Positions 8,281-18,179 of a stretch of 63,011 bases of DNA are shown piece after piece. The notes under the pieces are model-generated. The model did not search any database and was not told the origin of the DNA. It saw only the letters and a list, made by a program, of their open reading frames with translations. The position numbers and the translations under genes were made by a program. Position 1 is the stretch's first letter. Every line of letters begins with the position of its first letter. The DNA comes from an uncultured Desulfobacterales bacterium (GTDB taxonomy: Bacteria; Desulfobacterota; Desulfobacteria; Desulfobacterales; JAUVVS01). The stretch is taken from positions 1 through 63,011 of the forward strand of contig CAZLRK010000002.1 of the NCBI GenBank assembly GCA_964561845.1. The letters are read 5' to 3'.

Positions 8281-8983
8281 ATATGCCAAAGTATGTCTCT
8301 TGAATGTATTTTTCTTGCTTCAATTCTTCGGGTTTACCTTTCATCTTTACTCTGCCTGTTTCTAAAAGATAGATTTCCTCAGCAAGTGTGAGGGCAAAGT
8401 TTACATTCTGTTCGGTGATGATGATGGAAATTCCCTTTCTTTTTTTTAGATCCTTTAGAGCGCTGGATATTTCAGAACATACCAGTGGTGCAAGGCCTAT
8501 AGTTGGTTCATCTACTAATAACAGCTTAGGATTTGACATTAGAGCTCTTGCAAGTGATAACATTTGCTGCTCTCCGCCGCTCTGGGTGCCGGCTTCTTGA
8601 TTATGGCGTTTTTCAAGGACAGGGAACATTTCAAATACCATTTCAAGATTATTTTCTATCTCTTTTTTAGCACAATAGGCTCCAACCAAAAGATTCTCTT
8701 TTACGGTCATGAAGGGAAAGAGGTTTCTTCTTTCCGGGGCATAGCCAATACCTAACCCAACAATTTTTGCAGGGGATAGCCTTCTTAAATCTACACCATC
8801 AAAAACGATTTGACCGATACAATTTGTAAGACCAATAATAGAATCTAGTAATGTCGATTTCCCCGCACCATTGGGGCCAATTATGCTTACAATCTGTCCT
8901 TTTTCCACAGTAAAGGAAACTTTTCTTAAGGAACAGGCCTTTCCATAAAAGACCTCGAGATCTTTGACTTCTAAAAAAGCCAT
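8279..8983 (-). CDS. livF: Branched-chain amino acid (HAAT family) ABC transporter, ATP-binding protein LivF-like
   Basis: Walker A GPNGAGKST, signature SGGEQQML, Walker B LLLVDEP; 234 aa is typical of LivF. Confidence 0.85.
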   Translation of the reverse strand: MAFLEVKDLEVFYGKACSLRKVSFTVEKGQIVSIIGPNGAGKSTLLDSIIGLTNCIGQIVFDGVDLRRLSPAKIVGLGIGYAPERRNLFPFMTVKENLLVGAYCAKKEIENNLEMVFEMFPVLEKRHNQEAGTQSGGEQQMLSLARALMSNPKLLLVDEPTIGLAPLVCSEISSALKDLKKRKGISIIITEQNVNFALTLAEEIYLLETGRVKMKGKPEELKQEKYIQETYFGI

Positions 8984-9010
8984 TATTGCTTTTTCCTCTC
9001 GATATTGGTG

Positions 9011-9754
9011 TTAAACGTCATCGTCTTTTTTCCCCAGGTATGCTTCCTGTACCTTCTCATCCGAAATAACTTCCTCAAAAGACCCCTCGGCAATAGTTTG
9101 ACCAAAAGAAACAACAACAACTCTATCTACTAAAGGGGCTAAAGATCTTAAGTCATGACTTACAATTATGAACGTCAAACCTTCTTCATTTTTCTTTTTT
9201 AAAAGCTCTGATAATTCAGAAATTTCTCCCACCGTCAGCCCGGCAAATACCTCATCAAGCAAGAGTAGTTTTGGTTTGGTGGCTATAGTCCTGGCCAACT
9301 CGAGTCTGCGAAGATTCCCCATGGAAAGCTCATAGGGATACATTGAAAGCTCATCCTCTTGAAAACCGACACTTTTTCCAATTTTTCTTTCTTGTTCACT
9401 CTGGGCGTTCATGGTAATTATGCGTAATATTTCATCCGGCATAATCCCAACTCTGATATTTTCAGTTACTGTCATTTCACTAAAGGGTCTGGGTGTTTGG
9501 TAGGTGCGAGCAATGCCCATTTTTAGCCTTTTATGGGTCGGATACTTTGTAATCTCTTTCCCTTCAAAGAAGATTTCCCCTTCATCTTGCTTGAGTTCAT
9601 TCATGATCATGTTAAAAACTGTAGTCTTTCCGGCGCCATTTGGTCCTATCAAACCAAGAGTCTCTCCTTTTTCCACAAAAAAGCTTAAATCGAAAACGGC
9701 AAAGAGTCCTCCAAATTTTTTAGTAAGTCCTTGCACTTCAAGCAACTTAGCCAT
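9011..9754 (-). CDS. livG: HAAT family ABC transporter, ATP-binding protein LivG-like
   Basis: GPNGAGKTT, LLLLDEV and the C-terminal EAYLG tail typical of LivG. Confidence 0.85.
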   Translation of the reverse strand: MAKLLEVQGLTKKFGGLFAVFDLSFFVEKGETLGLIGPNGAGKTTVFNMIMNELKQDEGEIFFEGKEITKYPTHKRLKMGIARTYQTPRPFSEMTVTENIRVGIMPDEILRIITMNAQSEQERKIGKSVGFQEDELSMYPYELSMGNLRRLELARTIATKPKLLLLDEVFAGLTVGEISELSELLKKKNEEGLTFIIVSHDLRSLAPLVDRVVVVSFGQTIAEGSFEEVISDEKVQEAYLGKKDDDV

Positions 9755-10700
9755 ATTGCCAACCTCTTCTCATCTTCTTTCTAAACCATTTAATTATAGC
9801 CTGGATGATACTGTAAAGACCTTTTGGCGCGTAGTAGTAGACAACTAACGCAATTACTCCATAGAGGAGAAATCGCCACGCGCCTGGAACATAGGGGCGC
9901 AAATACTCTAAGAGAAACGTAAGAAAGTATGCCCCGATAATTGGCCCCACAATGCTCTGCTCACCGCCGATCAGGGCTGCAATGAGTATGGTAAAAAGGA
10001 AATTGATGTCAAACATGTTTCTTGGGGATATGGAGCCCAGATAGTGAGTGTATAAGGCTCCTCCAATGCCTGCTACCAATGCACTCAAAGTGAAGGCAAA
10101 CAACTTCAATTTTGTAGTATTCAAACCAGAACTCTTTACGGCTCCCTCATCCATGCGAATAGCACCCAGAGCAGTTCCCATACCTGACCTTGATATTGCC
10201 CATAATCCTATTGCAATCAGGAACATGAAAAGAAAGGAAACATAATAATTAGGAATTGCGCCTGTAACCAGAAATGGTAATCCTGTAAGGCCTCTGGTTC
10301 CGCCCGTTAATTTCGGCTTCACAACATTCATTAAATGATACGTTACTTCCATAAAGGCGAGCGTGACGAGGGCAAAGTATGTTCCTCTCGTCCTCAAAGC
10401 GGGTAAGAAGAAAAGTATTCCAGCTATCATTGTCACGAGAACAGCCAAAGGAATACTCAGATAGAGCGGCGTGTTCAAATGACTAGTGAGCATAGCTGTT
10501 GTGTAGCCTGCAATGCCGATTAAGAAAGGATGCCCAAAACTTATGTAGCCCGTATATCCCGAGAGAATATCCCAGCTCATGGCAAAAATCGCCAGGAAGT
10601 TAGCAAATATGAATATTCTAAGGTTTCCTGGAGAGGTGAAAGTTGGAATTAGACACATCACTGTCCCAAAAATTAGCCACCATGGTAATGCTTTTCTCAA
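9747..10700 (-). CDS. livM: HAAT family ABC transporter permease LivM-like
   Basis: 317-aa polytopic membrane ORF. GYTGYISFGH motif. Overlaps livG-like by 8 nt. Confidence 0.8.
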   Translation of the reverse strand: MRKALPWWLIFGTVMCLIPTFTSPGNLRIFIFANFLAIFAMSWDILSGYTGYISFGHPFLIGIAGYTTAMLTSHLNTPLYLSIPLAVLVTMIAGILFFLPALRTRGTYFALVTLAFMEVTYHLMNVVKPKLTGGTRGLTGLPFLVTGAIPNYYVSFLFMFLIAIGLWAISRSGMGTALGAIRMDEGAVKSSGLNTTKLKLFAFTLSALVAGIGGALYTHYLGSISPRNMFDINFLFTILIAALIGGEQSIVGPIIGAYFLTFLLEYLRPYVPGAWRFLLYGVIALVVYYYAPKGLYSIIQAIIKWFRKKMRRGWQYG

Positions 10701-10715
10701 GGTATCCCCCTTGTT

Positions 10716-11567
10716 TCAGATCTCTTCCCTTCCAAGTAAGCCCTTCGGGACAATGACAAGAATTATAATGATAAGCAACATCGTGGAAACACCCCTTAAT
10801 TCCGGAGCGATCACCGACGTGGTAATTGTTTCAAGGAATCCGACGATATGGGCTGCCACCAGACTCCCCATGATACTGCCGATTCCTCCTACAATCACGA
10901 CCGCAACGGCGATTATGAGAGGAAACACCCACATGGCCGGGTCCAGCTGAGTATAGGTCGCAAAAAACACACCTGCAATGGCCCCCAATGCCCCGGACAA
11001 AGCCCACGTAACAATATTTATCCTTTGAGGGTCGATTCCTGAAACTACTGCACCCTTCATATCCATAGATACGGCACTAATAGCTCTTCCAAGATGCGTT
11101 TTTCGAACAAAAAGCAGTAAGGATCCTAAAACTACCCAGCTTATAATCATCGCAAGAAATATATTCCACGAAATAGCAACGCCAAATGCACGGGTAACTC
11201 CGGGGATGATGGGCCAGATGGCTCTAGGGGCAGGTGAAAAAATCAGAATGACGGCAGCTTGCATGACCACTGCTAAAATAAGGGTCGAGATTTCCACTGC
11301 AATGGGATTATCCTGAAGACGTCTGACCAAAACTACATAGGTTAATACGCCAAAAGTAACACCGGCTAAGACGGCGCCAAAAAAACTCGGGATCTTTGGG
11401 AGACCTAATTCCTGAGCTAACACATAATAGACATATCCTCCGAGCATAATGTATACACCGTAAGCTAGATTCAGCACCCTCCCAACGCTAAATATCATTG
11501 TAAATCCTACCGCAATTAGTGCATAAAGTCCGCTTATGAGAAAGCTCTGAATTATTATACTGACCAT
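10716..11567 (-). CDS. livH: HAAT family ABC transporter permease LivH-like
   Basis: 283-aa polytopic membrane ORF in standard LivH position. Confidence 0.8.
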   Translation of the reverse strand: MVSIIIQSFLISGLYALIAVGFTMIFSVGRVLNLAYGVYIMLGGYVYYVLAQELGLPKIPSFFGAVLAGVTFGVLTYVVLVRRLQDNPIAVEISTLILAVVMQAAVILIFSPAPRAIWPIIPGVTRAFGVAISWNIFLAMIISWVVLGSLLLFVRKTHLGRAISAVSMDMKGAVVSGIDPQRINIVTWALSGALGAIAGVFFATYTQLDPAMWVFPLIIAVAVVIVGGIGSIMGSLVAAHIVGFLETITTSVIAPELRGVSTMLLIIIILVIVPKGLLGREEI

Positions 11568-11736
11568 CTTATTCTCACGTTTAATTATGTTACATTATTC
11601 CAAAAAGAACAGTTTTCATGGTTGAAAAATGAGTGAAATTTTTAGACAAGATAACAGGAACAAGGGGGTTTTTCTTCCCTTGTTCCTGTCCGGTTGAATG
11701 TAAATATTTACTACTGCCCCTCAAACCCTAAATCGG

Positions 11737-13053
11737 TTACTTCTTTGCCCATTCAGGGACGACAAAATCGCCATTAGCATATTTGGGAGGATAGACACAT
11801 TTTACCGTTCCGTCTGTGTACCACTGAATAACAATAACCGATGGGTGTCCATCTGTGAGGGGTTGAGAAATATCAAATTTTACGTTGTGCGGATATGTTG
11901 CATTGGTTCTGGGCTCAATCTCACCTGGTTTCCAATAACCATACCTGAGCCAGAGCTTGCCATCCTTATAAAGTTTGATATCTTCGTTTTCCATCTCTTT
12001 AACCCAGGCATTCAGGGGCTTAAATCCACCTGCACGCTCAGCTGCATTGACAGCATTGTAAATGCCGTAATAAGCATTAAAGCCATTAAAATGAGGATAT
12101 CGTGGACGGCTCTTGTACTTTGCCTGGTACTTTTTGATGAATTTCTCAGTCCGTGGGTCCATCTCCATCCCCAAAGTAGGTGGCGGCATCAAAGTGGACA
12201 TGCCGCCTCCCATTCCCCCAGTGTCTTTCCAATACTCCATGCCAACTGCAGCAACATTTATACCGGTAATTGGAATAGGAACCTGCAATTTGACATATTG
12301 AGATGTTGGCACTACACATTTAACCGAGGAAATAATATATATAAAATCAGGGTTTGTTTTTGTAATCTTTGAATAAATGGGGCTGAAATCCACAGTATTT
12401 ACGTCATAGACAACGTGATCCAGCATTTCGACACCGGCCTCGGGTAAAATATAATCCTTAATAAATCCATAAACTCCGCCACCATAAGCAGTGTCTTCCT
12501 GCATAATGACACACGTTTTCCAGCCCATCTTCTTCTGGAGAATGTCCTTTGCAAAATCTATATACTGGGTGCCTAAAGCATCATCGGTAGGGACATTCAT
12601 GAAATACATCTTGTGTTTTTCGTAATCCTTCCGGATCATATCTATGATCCCAACGTATGAGGTCCAGGTGTCCAGCGTGGGGGTCCTGTATTCCACCATT
12701 CGTGGTATCCATCCTAATGAAACATCATCTATGCAGCCGGAAATAATAAAATCCACCTTTTGCTTTTCATTAAGATATTCATAGGCCTTAATTCCCTCGG
12801 TTACATCTTGTGCTGTATCAGCTTTTACAAGTTTTATGGGACGGCCTCCTAAAATTCCCCCGGCTTTATTAAACTCTTCAATTGCAATTGCAGCACCCCT
12901 TAAAGTGCTTTTACCGGTATCGCTGTCAAAGGATCCGATAAATCCGATTACCACGGGCTTCTTGGACGAAGAGGCCAGTGTATTACCAGCACAGAGCAAA
13001 AAAATTGAAATTGCTATGACCGTTAAAGAAATTAACCATGTTTTTCTCTTCAT
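11737..13053 (-). CDS. Periplasmic substrate-binding protein of the Liv-type ABC system (Peripla_BP_6-like)
   Basis: Signal-peptide-like N-terminus (KRKTWLISLTVIAISIFLLCAGNTLA) then a type I PBP-like sequence. Start set at the Met preceded by GGAGG (13053); the track ORF extends to 13068. Confidence 0.8.
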   Translation of the reverse strand: MKRKTWLISLTVIAISIFLLCAGNTLASSSKKPVVIGFIGSFDSDTGKSTLRGAAIAIEEFNKAGGILGGRPIKLVKADTAQDVTEGIKAYEYLNEKQKVDFIISGCIDDVSLGWIPRMVEYRTPTLDTWTSYVGIIDMIRKDYEKHKMYFMNVPTDDALGTQYIDFAKDILQKKMGWKTCVIMQEDTAYGGGVYGFIKDYILPEAGVEMLDHVVYDVNTVDFSPIYSKITKTNPDFIYIISSVKCVVPTSQYVKLQVPIPITGINVAAVGMEYWKDTGGMGGGMSTLMPPPTLGMEMDPRTEKFIKKYQAKYKSRPRYPHFNGFNAYYGIYNAVNAAERAGGFKPLNAWVKEMENEDIKLYKDGKLWLRYGYWKPGEIEPRTNATYPHNVKFDISQPLTDGHPSVIVIQWYTDGTVKCVYPPKYANGDFVVPEWAKK

Positions 13054-13120
13054 TTTTGCACCTCCCATTTGAATGTTGGTGTAATAGTTCAGCTATTTTT
13101 CTTAGAATTGTTCTTGTCAG

Positions 13121-13299
13121 GGTTCAGGTGATCAGTGAACGGGTGATCAGGTAATCGGTGATCAAGTGATCGGTTGTTGGTTGCAATATTGAGAACATAA
13201 GCTATCAGATTTTTTAATCATTGAATTCAAAATTCCTCCGATCGAAGCATAACGTTCCAGCTTAACACCGATTACCGGTTACCCGATCACCGATCACTT
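13121..13299. repeat. Hairpin element with inverted heptamer arrays (GGTGATC type); homolog of 801-1001 in opposite orientation
   Basis: Left arm ggttcaggtgatcagtgaacgggtgatcaggtaatcggtgatcaagtgatcgg. Right arm caccgattaccggttacccgatcaccgatcactt. The core cggttgttggttgcaatattgagaacataagctatca..ttaatcattgaa matches the reverse complement of the 801-1001 core. Confidence 0.9.
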
Positions 13300-13674
13300 G
13301 AATCCTAACACCTTTTATCCTGTCAAATATTATTCTTATGGTGAACTATTACATTTTGGTTAATTGATTAATTATTATCTGATACGCCGTCACCATACAT
13401 TGATGCTATGCATGGTTATGTCGATTGCCTGTTTAGGGTTTATCAAAAATTGACTGTTGCGGGAATTGAAAATATTATAAAAATTATGATGGCGCTTAAA
13501 AGTATACCACCATATAATATATACAAATGTGGGATTAAAAATAATTTTTAATTTGAATTTATATGAAGATGTAATTAATTATTCATCAATTGTGTCTATT
13601 TGTAATAATTTATTCAGTTTTTTTTGTCAAGCAAAAAATTGTGTTTTTCTAAAAAATCTTGAAAAGAACCAACA

Positions 13675-14397
13675 TTATCTATGGGAAGCCGCTTTTATAA
13701 AGGCCTTAAACAAACCTTGCATGTAAGGATCATCCGGCATCCACTCAGGATGCCATTGAACCGCTATTCCAAATGGATGTTCAGGCAGTTCGACTGCTTC
13801 CAGGATACCGTCCGGAGCATAACCAACTGCTTTTAAATTGTTACCGGGCTTGCATGTACCCTGGTGGTGTAAGCTGTTGACATTCAACACATGCTTGCCA
13901 AAGATTTCAGTTAGACGACTTTGACTACTCAATTCGACAGTATGAGCGATTTTGTCAAAGGGATAACCAGGAAAGTAGTTATGCTCAATTGCTTCAGGAT
14001 GCTGATCGTTGATATGTGAATAAAGAATAGCGCCAAAAGCTACGTTGATTACCTGAAATCCGCGACAGATTCCTAAAAAGGGCTTTTTTGCTTCAACCAC
14101 ATCGCTAACCAGCTGCAATTCCAGACCATCGCGCTCTTTGTCAACGTTTGAGACTTTTTTATGCTCTTGCCCGCCGTAACGTTTGGTTTCAATATCACCA
14201 CCACCGGTAAACAACACTCCATCTATCGTGCGTAACAACTGTTTTAGTCCATACAAAGAAATCCCCAGAGGTATTAATATCGGCACTGCCCCGGCATGGA
14301 CTAACGCACGTGCATATGTTTTAGGGGTGGCTGCAAAAGTAATGTTATATTCATTGGTCAAGTTGCGAGTAGTTATTCCAATTACAGGAGTAGACAT
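13675..14397 (-). CDS. Gamma-glutamyl-gamma-aminobutyrate hydrolase family protein (PuuD-like, peptidase C26, class I GATase fold)
   Basis: 240-aa ORF. GGGDI, PFLGICRGFQVINVAFG (nucleophile Cys) and VQWHPE motifs. Confidence 0.85.
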   Translation of the reverse strand: MSTPVIGITTRNLTNEYNITFAATPKTYARALVHAGAVPILIPLGISLYGLKQLLRTIDGVLFTGGGDIETKRYGGQEHKKVSNVDKERDGLELQLVSDVVEAKKPFLGICRGFQVINVAFGAILYSHINDQHPEAIEHNYFPGYPFDKIAHTVELSSQSRLTEIFGKHVLNVNSLHHQGTCKPGNNLKAVGYAPDGILEAVELPEHPFGIAVQWHPEWMPDDPYMQGLFKAFIKAASHR

Positions 14398-14547
14398 GAC
14401 GCCTCCTTATTAATAAATATGAAAAGACATGCTCATATGTTTCTTTTATAATCAATTTTATCCTGATGTGTCAAGATGAGAGGATCCTACAGCAATATAC
14501 AAACCTTACTTGCAATCCGGAGCTTTTTTGCATATGGATGTGATAGT

Positions 14548-14752
14548 GGGAGTTATTCGTTATTTGTTATTCAGCCGTCGTAGCCTGCGGCCACTATGGC
14601 GAAGTCGGCTTGGTTAATAGTTTATAAGGAATAAAATCTATTTTTATATTTCATCAATCATAGATTTATAAAATGAGACGATCATCAAATTCTAATAACG
14701 AATAACTATTAACAAGTAACGCCTAATTGAGCATTATTTTCGCTCAATTAGG
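14548..14752. repeat. AATAACG-type inverted-array element ending in hairpin cctaattgagc-N9-gctcaattagg (14722-14752)
   Basis: Arms gggagttattcgttatttgttatt and taataacgaataactattaacaagtaacg. The hairpin is identical to 1878-1908 when each is read in the sense of its downstream gene. Confidence 0.88.
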
Positions 14753-14775
14753 GTTGAAATAAAAGGAGGTAAAAT

Positions 14776-15702
14776 ATGGAAAAGCACAGAATGTCGGTGA
14801 TAGGAATAGGGGCTACAGGCGCGGTTTTGGCTGCAGCCTTGCTCAGTAAATATCCCGAAACATTTCTAATAGGTCATAAACCTGAAACAGGCAACAAACT
14901 TAGGGAAAAGGGCATAAGCATTTCAGGGGTCATCACATATCAGACTGCGGTTAAAAATTATTCCTGCAAAATTGAAGAGCTAAAAGAATTCGATCCAACG
15001 CTAATTTTTATATGCACCAAAACCTTTCACCTTACGCAAATACTTGAAGACCTTAAGAATGTTGTAAAGCCCGGAACAAAAATTGTCTCCACTCAAAATG
15101 GTTTGGGACCGGAAGATCTAGTTGCTGATAAATTCGGTATCGATGCAGCCTTCCGAATGTCCCTCAATTTTGGCGCCTCATTGAAAAGCCCGGGCAAGGT
15201 GGAAACAACATTTTTCAATAGACCTAATCATATTGGATGCTTAACTCAAAATAATCGAGAATCAGGATTACATGTAGCCGAATTGCTTACGGATTGCGGA
15301 TTGGACACAGAGTTTGTCGATGATATCAAATTGTATGTCTGGAAAAAAATGATTATGAAATGTACCATGGCTTCAATATGCGCCGTCACAGACAGAACCA
15401 TTAAAGAAGCCCTGGATTTTCCTCCCACCAGAGAAATAGCTGACGCCTGCTTTAAGGAGGCTCTTGCCGTTGCCAAGGGAGTAGGTTACGATTTTGGGGA
15501 AGATTATCTTGAGCAAGCATTGGGCTACCTTGAAAAAGTCGGCATGCATAAGGATTCCATGTGCTATGATATTGATAATAAAATGCCCACTGAAATCGAT
15601 TTTTTAGGAGGAAAAATTGTAGAATACGGTCGTTCTAAAGGTGTTCCCACACCATTTTATATATCAATGACCAACCTTGTTAAAGCTATGGAGGATAAGT
15701 AA
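14776..15702 (+). CDS. 2-dehydropantoate 2-reductase family protein (PanE/ApbA-like)
   Basis: 308-aa ORF. N-terminal VIGIGATGAVLAAAL Rossmann fold, QNGLG motif and a C-terminal ApbA-like domain. Strong AAGGAGG Shine-Dalgarno. Confidence 0.75.
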   Translation: MEKHRMSVIGIGATGAVLAAALLSKYPETFLIGHKPETGNKLREKGISISGVITYQTAVKNYSCKIEELKEFDPTLIFICTKTFHLTQILEDLKNVVKPGTKIVSTQNGLGPEDLVADKFGIDAAFRMSLNFGASLKSPGKVETTFFNRPNHIGCLTQNNRESGLHVAELLTDCGLDTEFVDDIKLYVWKKMIMKCTMASICAVTDRTIKEALDFPPTREIADACFKEALAVAKGVGYDFGEDYLEQALGYLEKVGMHKDSMCYDIDNKMPTEIDFLGGKIVEYGRSKGVPTPFYISMTNLVKAMEDK

Positions 15703-15759
15703 ACTGTGAACCCTTTAACCCAACTTTTGTGTTAAAAACGAAGCTTTTTATCCAAAATA

Positions 15760-16869
15760 TTACTTATTCCCAAATTTTTTAGCGGTGTAACAATACAAAC
15801 CTTCCCCTGCCCTAATGGGTTTAAAGCACAAATTATCGGATAGGCAAGTTGATTTGCTTGTATCACCGGATTTCCATCTTTTAACCAGGTGTGGTTCTCG
15901 AATAAAAGGTCGGCAAAGGGAAACGTAGTCTGTCAGGCCCGTTTTTACCAGTCGCTCAGCAACGCCGTAAGAACGTATACCCCCTACCAGCACTAATGGA
16001 ACGCTGACTTTTTCTTTGTATCGCTTAGCCGCTTCCAGGTAATAAACTTCCTTCTCTTCAGAGTCTATCTTACCCGGTCTTACGGGGTTCAATTTGCCTG
16101 AATCGGCCGTTCCACCGCTTAGTTCAATAGCATCAATACCGGCCTTTTCGAGCATAGATGAAACCTGAACCAGTTCTTCAACACTTAAGCCGCCTTTTAC
16201 AAAATCCTCTGAATTTATTTTAATTAAAACCGGATACTGATTCCCCACCTTTTCTCTGATGGCTCCAAAAACCTCCATAACGATTCGTGCCCTATTTTCA
16301 ATGTTTCCACCATACTCATCCTTTCTTTTGTTATAAAAGGAGGAGAGAAACTGGCTTAAAAGGTAACCGTGTGCAGCATGGATCTGAACTCCATCGAAAC
16401 CACATTGTTGGCCCCTTTCCGCACCTATTGCGAAACTCTCAACAATATGACAAATCTCATCATGTGTCATTTCCTTGCAAAGACTTTCATCTTTCATATC
16501 TCTATTTGACGGCCCCAGTGGTTTTGTACCTGTTAAATCAGATGCCGCACGCAAACCTGCGTGTGCAAGCTGAAGGACGATTTTGCCCGACTGCCTGTGC
16601 ACAGCTTCGGTCATCTTTTTAAGTTGATATACAAGTTCATCTTTATAAATTCCAAGTTGCCAGGGCCCAGCCTGCCCTTCCCTGCTCACATAGGCATGAC
16701 CGGAAATGATCAGGCCGACACCGCCTTTGGCAAGCTCTTCCATTAGAGAGACAAGTCGGTTGGTGCAAGATCCATCGTCACCCGCCATCCCTTCCCAGGT
16801 TGCTGAACGAACGAAACGATTTTGGATCTTCATGGAATTGATTTTACTCTCTTCAAAAAGGTCTGCCAT
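15760..16869 (-). CDS. NADH:flavin oxidoreductase, Old Yellow Enzyme family
   Basis: 369-aa ORF. FDGVQIHAAHGYLLSQFLS and RxDEYGG motifs. Confidence 0.85.
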   Translation of the reverse strand: MADLFEESKINSMKIQNRFVRSATWEGMAGDDGSCTNRLVSLMEELAKGGVGLIISGHAYVSREGQAGPWQLGIYKDELVYQLKKMTEAVHRQSGKIVLQLAHAGLRAASDLTGTKPLGPSNRDMKDESLCKEMTHDEICHIVESFAIGAERGQQCGFDGVQIHAAHGYLLSQFLSSFYNKRKDEYGGNIENRARIVMEVFGAIREKVGNQYPVLIKINSEDFVKGGLSVEELVQVSSMLEKAGIDAIELSGGTADSGKLNPVRPGKIDSEEKEVYYLEAAKRYKEKVSVPLVLVGGIRSYGVAERLVKTGLTDYVSLCRPFIREPHLVKRWKSGDTSKSTCLSDNLCFKPIRAGEGLYCYTAKKFGNK

Positions 16870-17019
16870 GATACATTCTCCTCATATTGTGGTCGAAACC
16901 GGCATTATCGTTTAATTCGGGTTTAAAAGTAATCGGGAGGTTACTGTGCTATCAAAAAAGCAAATACGAATCTAATTCTGATGTTCTCGTTAAAAATTAA
17001 GTATTTTGTATTCGGAGCA

Positions 17020-17481
17020 TTAAACTTCTAATCCGGGCATGATGGTTCTAAGGATATCTTCCTTTCCTACAATTCCCACAAGTTTCCCTTCATCCACCAC
17101 GGGAATGGTGTGAAAATTTTTATCCACCATAAGGGAAGCCACAGCCTCGATGTTCATATCGGACTGGACGGTGATAGGGTTTGGCGTCATGGCCTGGGAC
17201 ACGGTGATGGCAGCGATTTTTTGAACCTGCTTTTCGATTTGTTTCATTGAGGTCAGTCTAACTAATCCATCCAGAAATGTAAAAAAAGAGGGGATGGGAA
17301 GCTTTTTTTGTTGCGCAATCAGGTCACTCTGACAAAGGATTCCCACCAGCTTTCCCATTTCATCAGTCACGGGGACGCCGTTAATGCGATTTTCCAAAAG
17401 AAGTTTTGTTGCTTGGACAATCTCAGTTTCGGGAGAGGCTGTAATCAGCTCTCTTGTCATGATATCTTTTACTTTGAGCAT
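17020..17481 (-). CDS. CBS domain pair protein
   Basis: 153-aa ORF with two CBS repeats (VKDIMTRELITASP.. and VSQAMTPNPITV..). Confidence 0.85.
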   Translation of the reverse strand: MLKVKDIMTRELITASPETEIVQATKLLLENRINGVPVTDEMGKLVGILCQSDLIAQQKKLPIPSFFTFLDGLVRLTSMKQIEKQVQKIAAITVSQAMTPNPITVQSDMNIEAVASLMVDKNFHTIPVVDEGKLVGIVGKEDILRTIMPGLEV

Positions 17482-17543
17482 GGCACCTCCTGCTATTTTT
17501 ATGACCTATTTTTTTTAACGATATCTGAACTTAAAATGTAGTA

Positions 17544-18179
17544 TCAAAATTGGAGGCAGATCAATGCGTCTTTCATTAAATTAGTATGTGAACGACCATA
17601 ATCATATATGGCTCTCAAAAAACAAACACATTCATCGCAAAAATTCAGACCTCTCCCATCGATTATTGCTCTAACATATCCTCTAAGCCCAAATTTATTA
17701 TATTCTCCTCTGCTCATCGGGCATAATGTTCCGTCCGATGCCTTTTTATAGGAAGTATGATCAGTTAAACCAAAATTATGCCCCACTTCATGCACAGACA
17801 CTTTTAGGGTACGACCAATAAATAAATCATATTCTCTGTCTGAAGTAATTTTTTGAGGGCTCAGTTTTTTAGTAGAAACGACAGCAACATTGTTTCTGGG
17901 ATTTTTCCCGCCAAAAATTGAATTATAAAACTCGTCCTCGGTTTGTAAATCCGCATCGGTTATGCCTAAAGTATGTCCCCCGTATTCTTCATCCAGTATC
18001 ATCGTTAATAGATGAGCATCAACTTTGTCTAAAACAGGGGAGTTATGATGAGATACTCTAAATTCTTTTATTGTTCCCCGGAACGACCCCAAAATCCCTT
18101 TCCCAATCTCTTTAAGACTGCTGTGAGTAATATAGCTGCCGATCCGTACAATATTTAATTTTGAAATGTTTTTCAGCAT
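17544..18179 (-). CDS. Archaemetzincin-like zinc metalloprotease (peptidase M54)
   Basis: VHEVGHNFGLTDH zinc motif followed by Cys pairs (CPMS.., CDECVC), as in AmzA proteins. Confidence 0.65.
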   Translation of the reverse strand: MLKNISKLNIVRIGSYITHSSLKEIGKGILGSFRGTIKEFRVSHHNSPVLDKVDAHLLTMILDEEYGGHTLGITDADLQTEDEFYNSIFGGKNPRNNVAVVSTKKLSPQKITSDREYDLFIGRTLKVSVHEVGHNFGLTDHTSYKKASDGTLCPMSRGEYNKFGLRGYVRAIIDGRGLNFCDECVCFLRAIYDYGRSHTNLMKDALICLQF

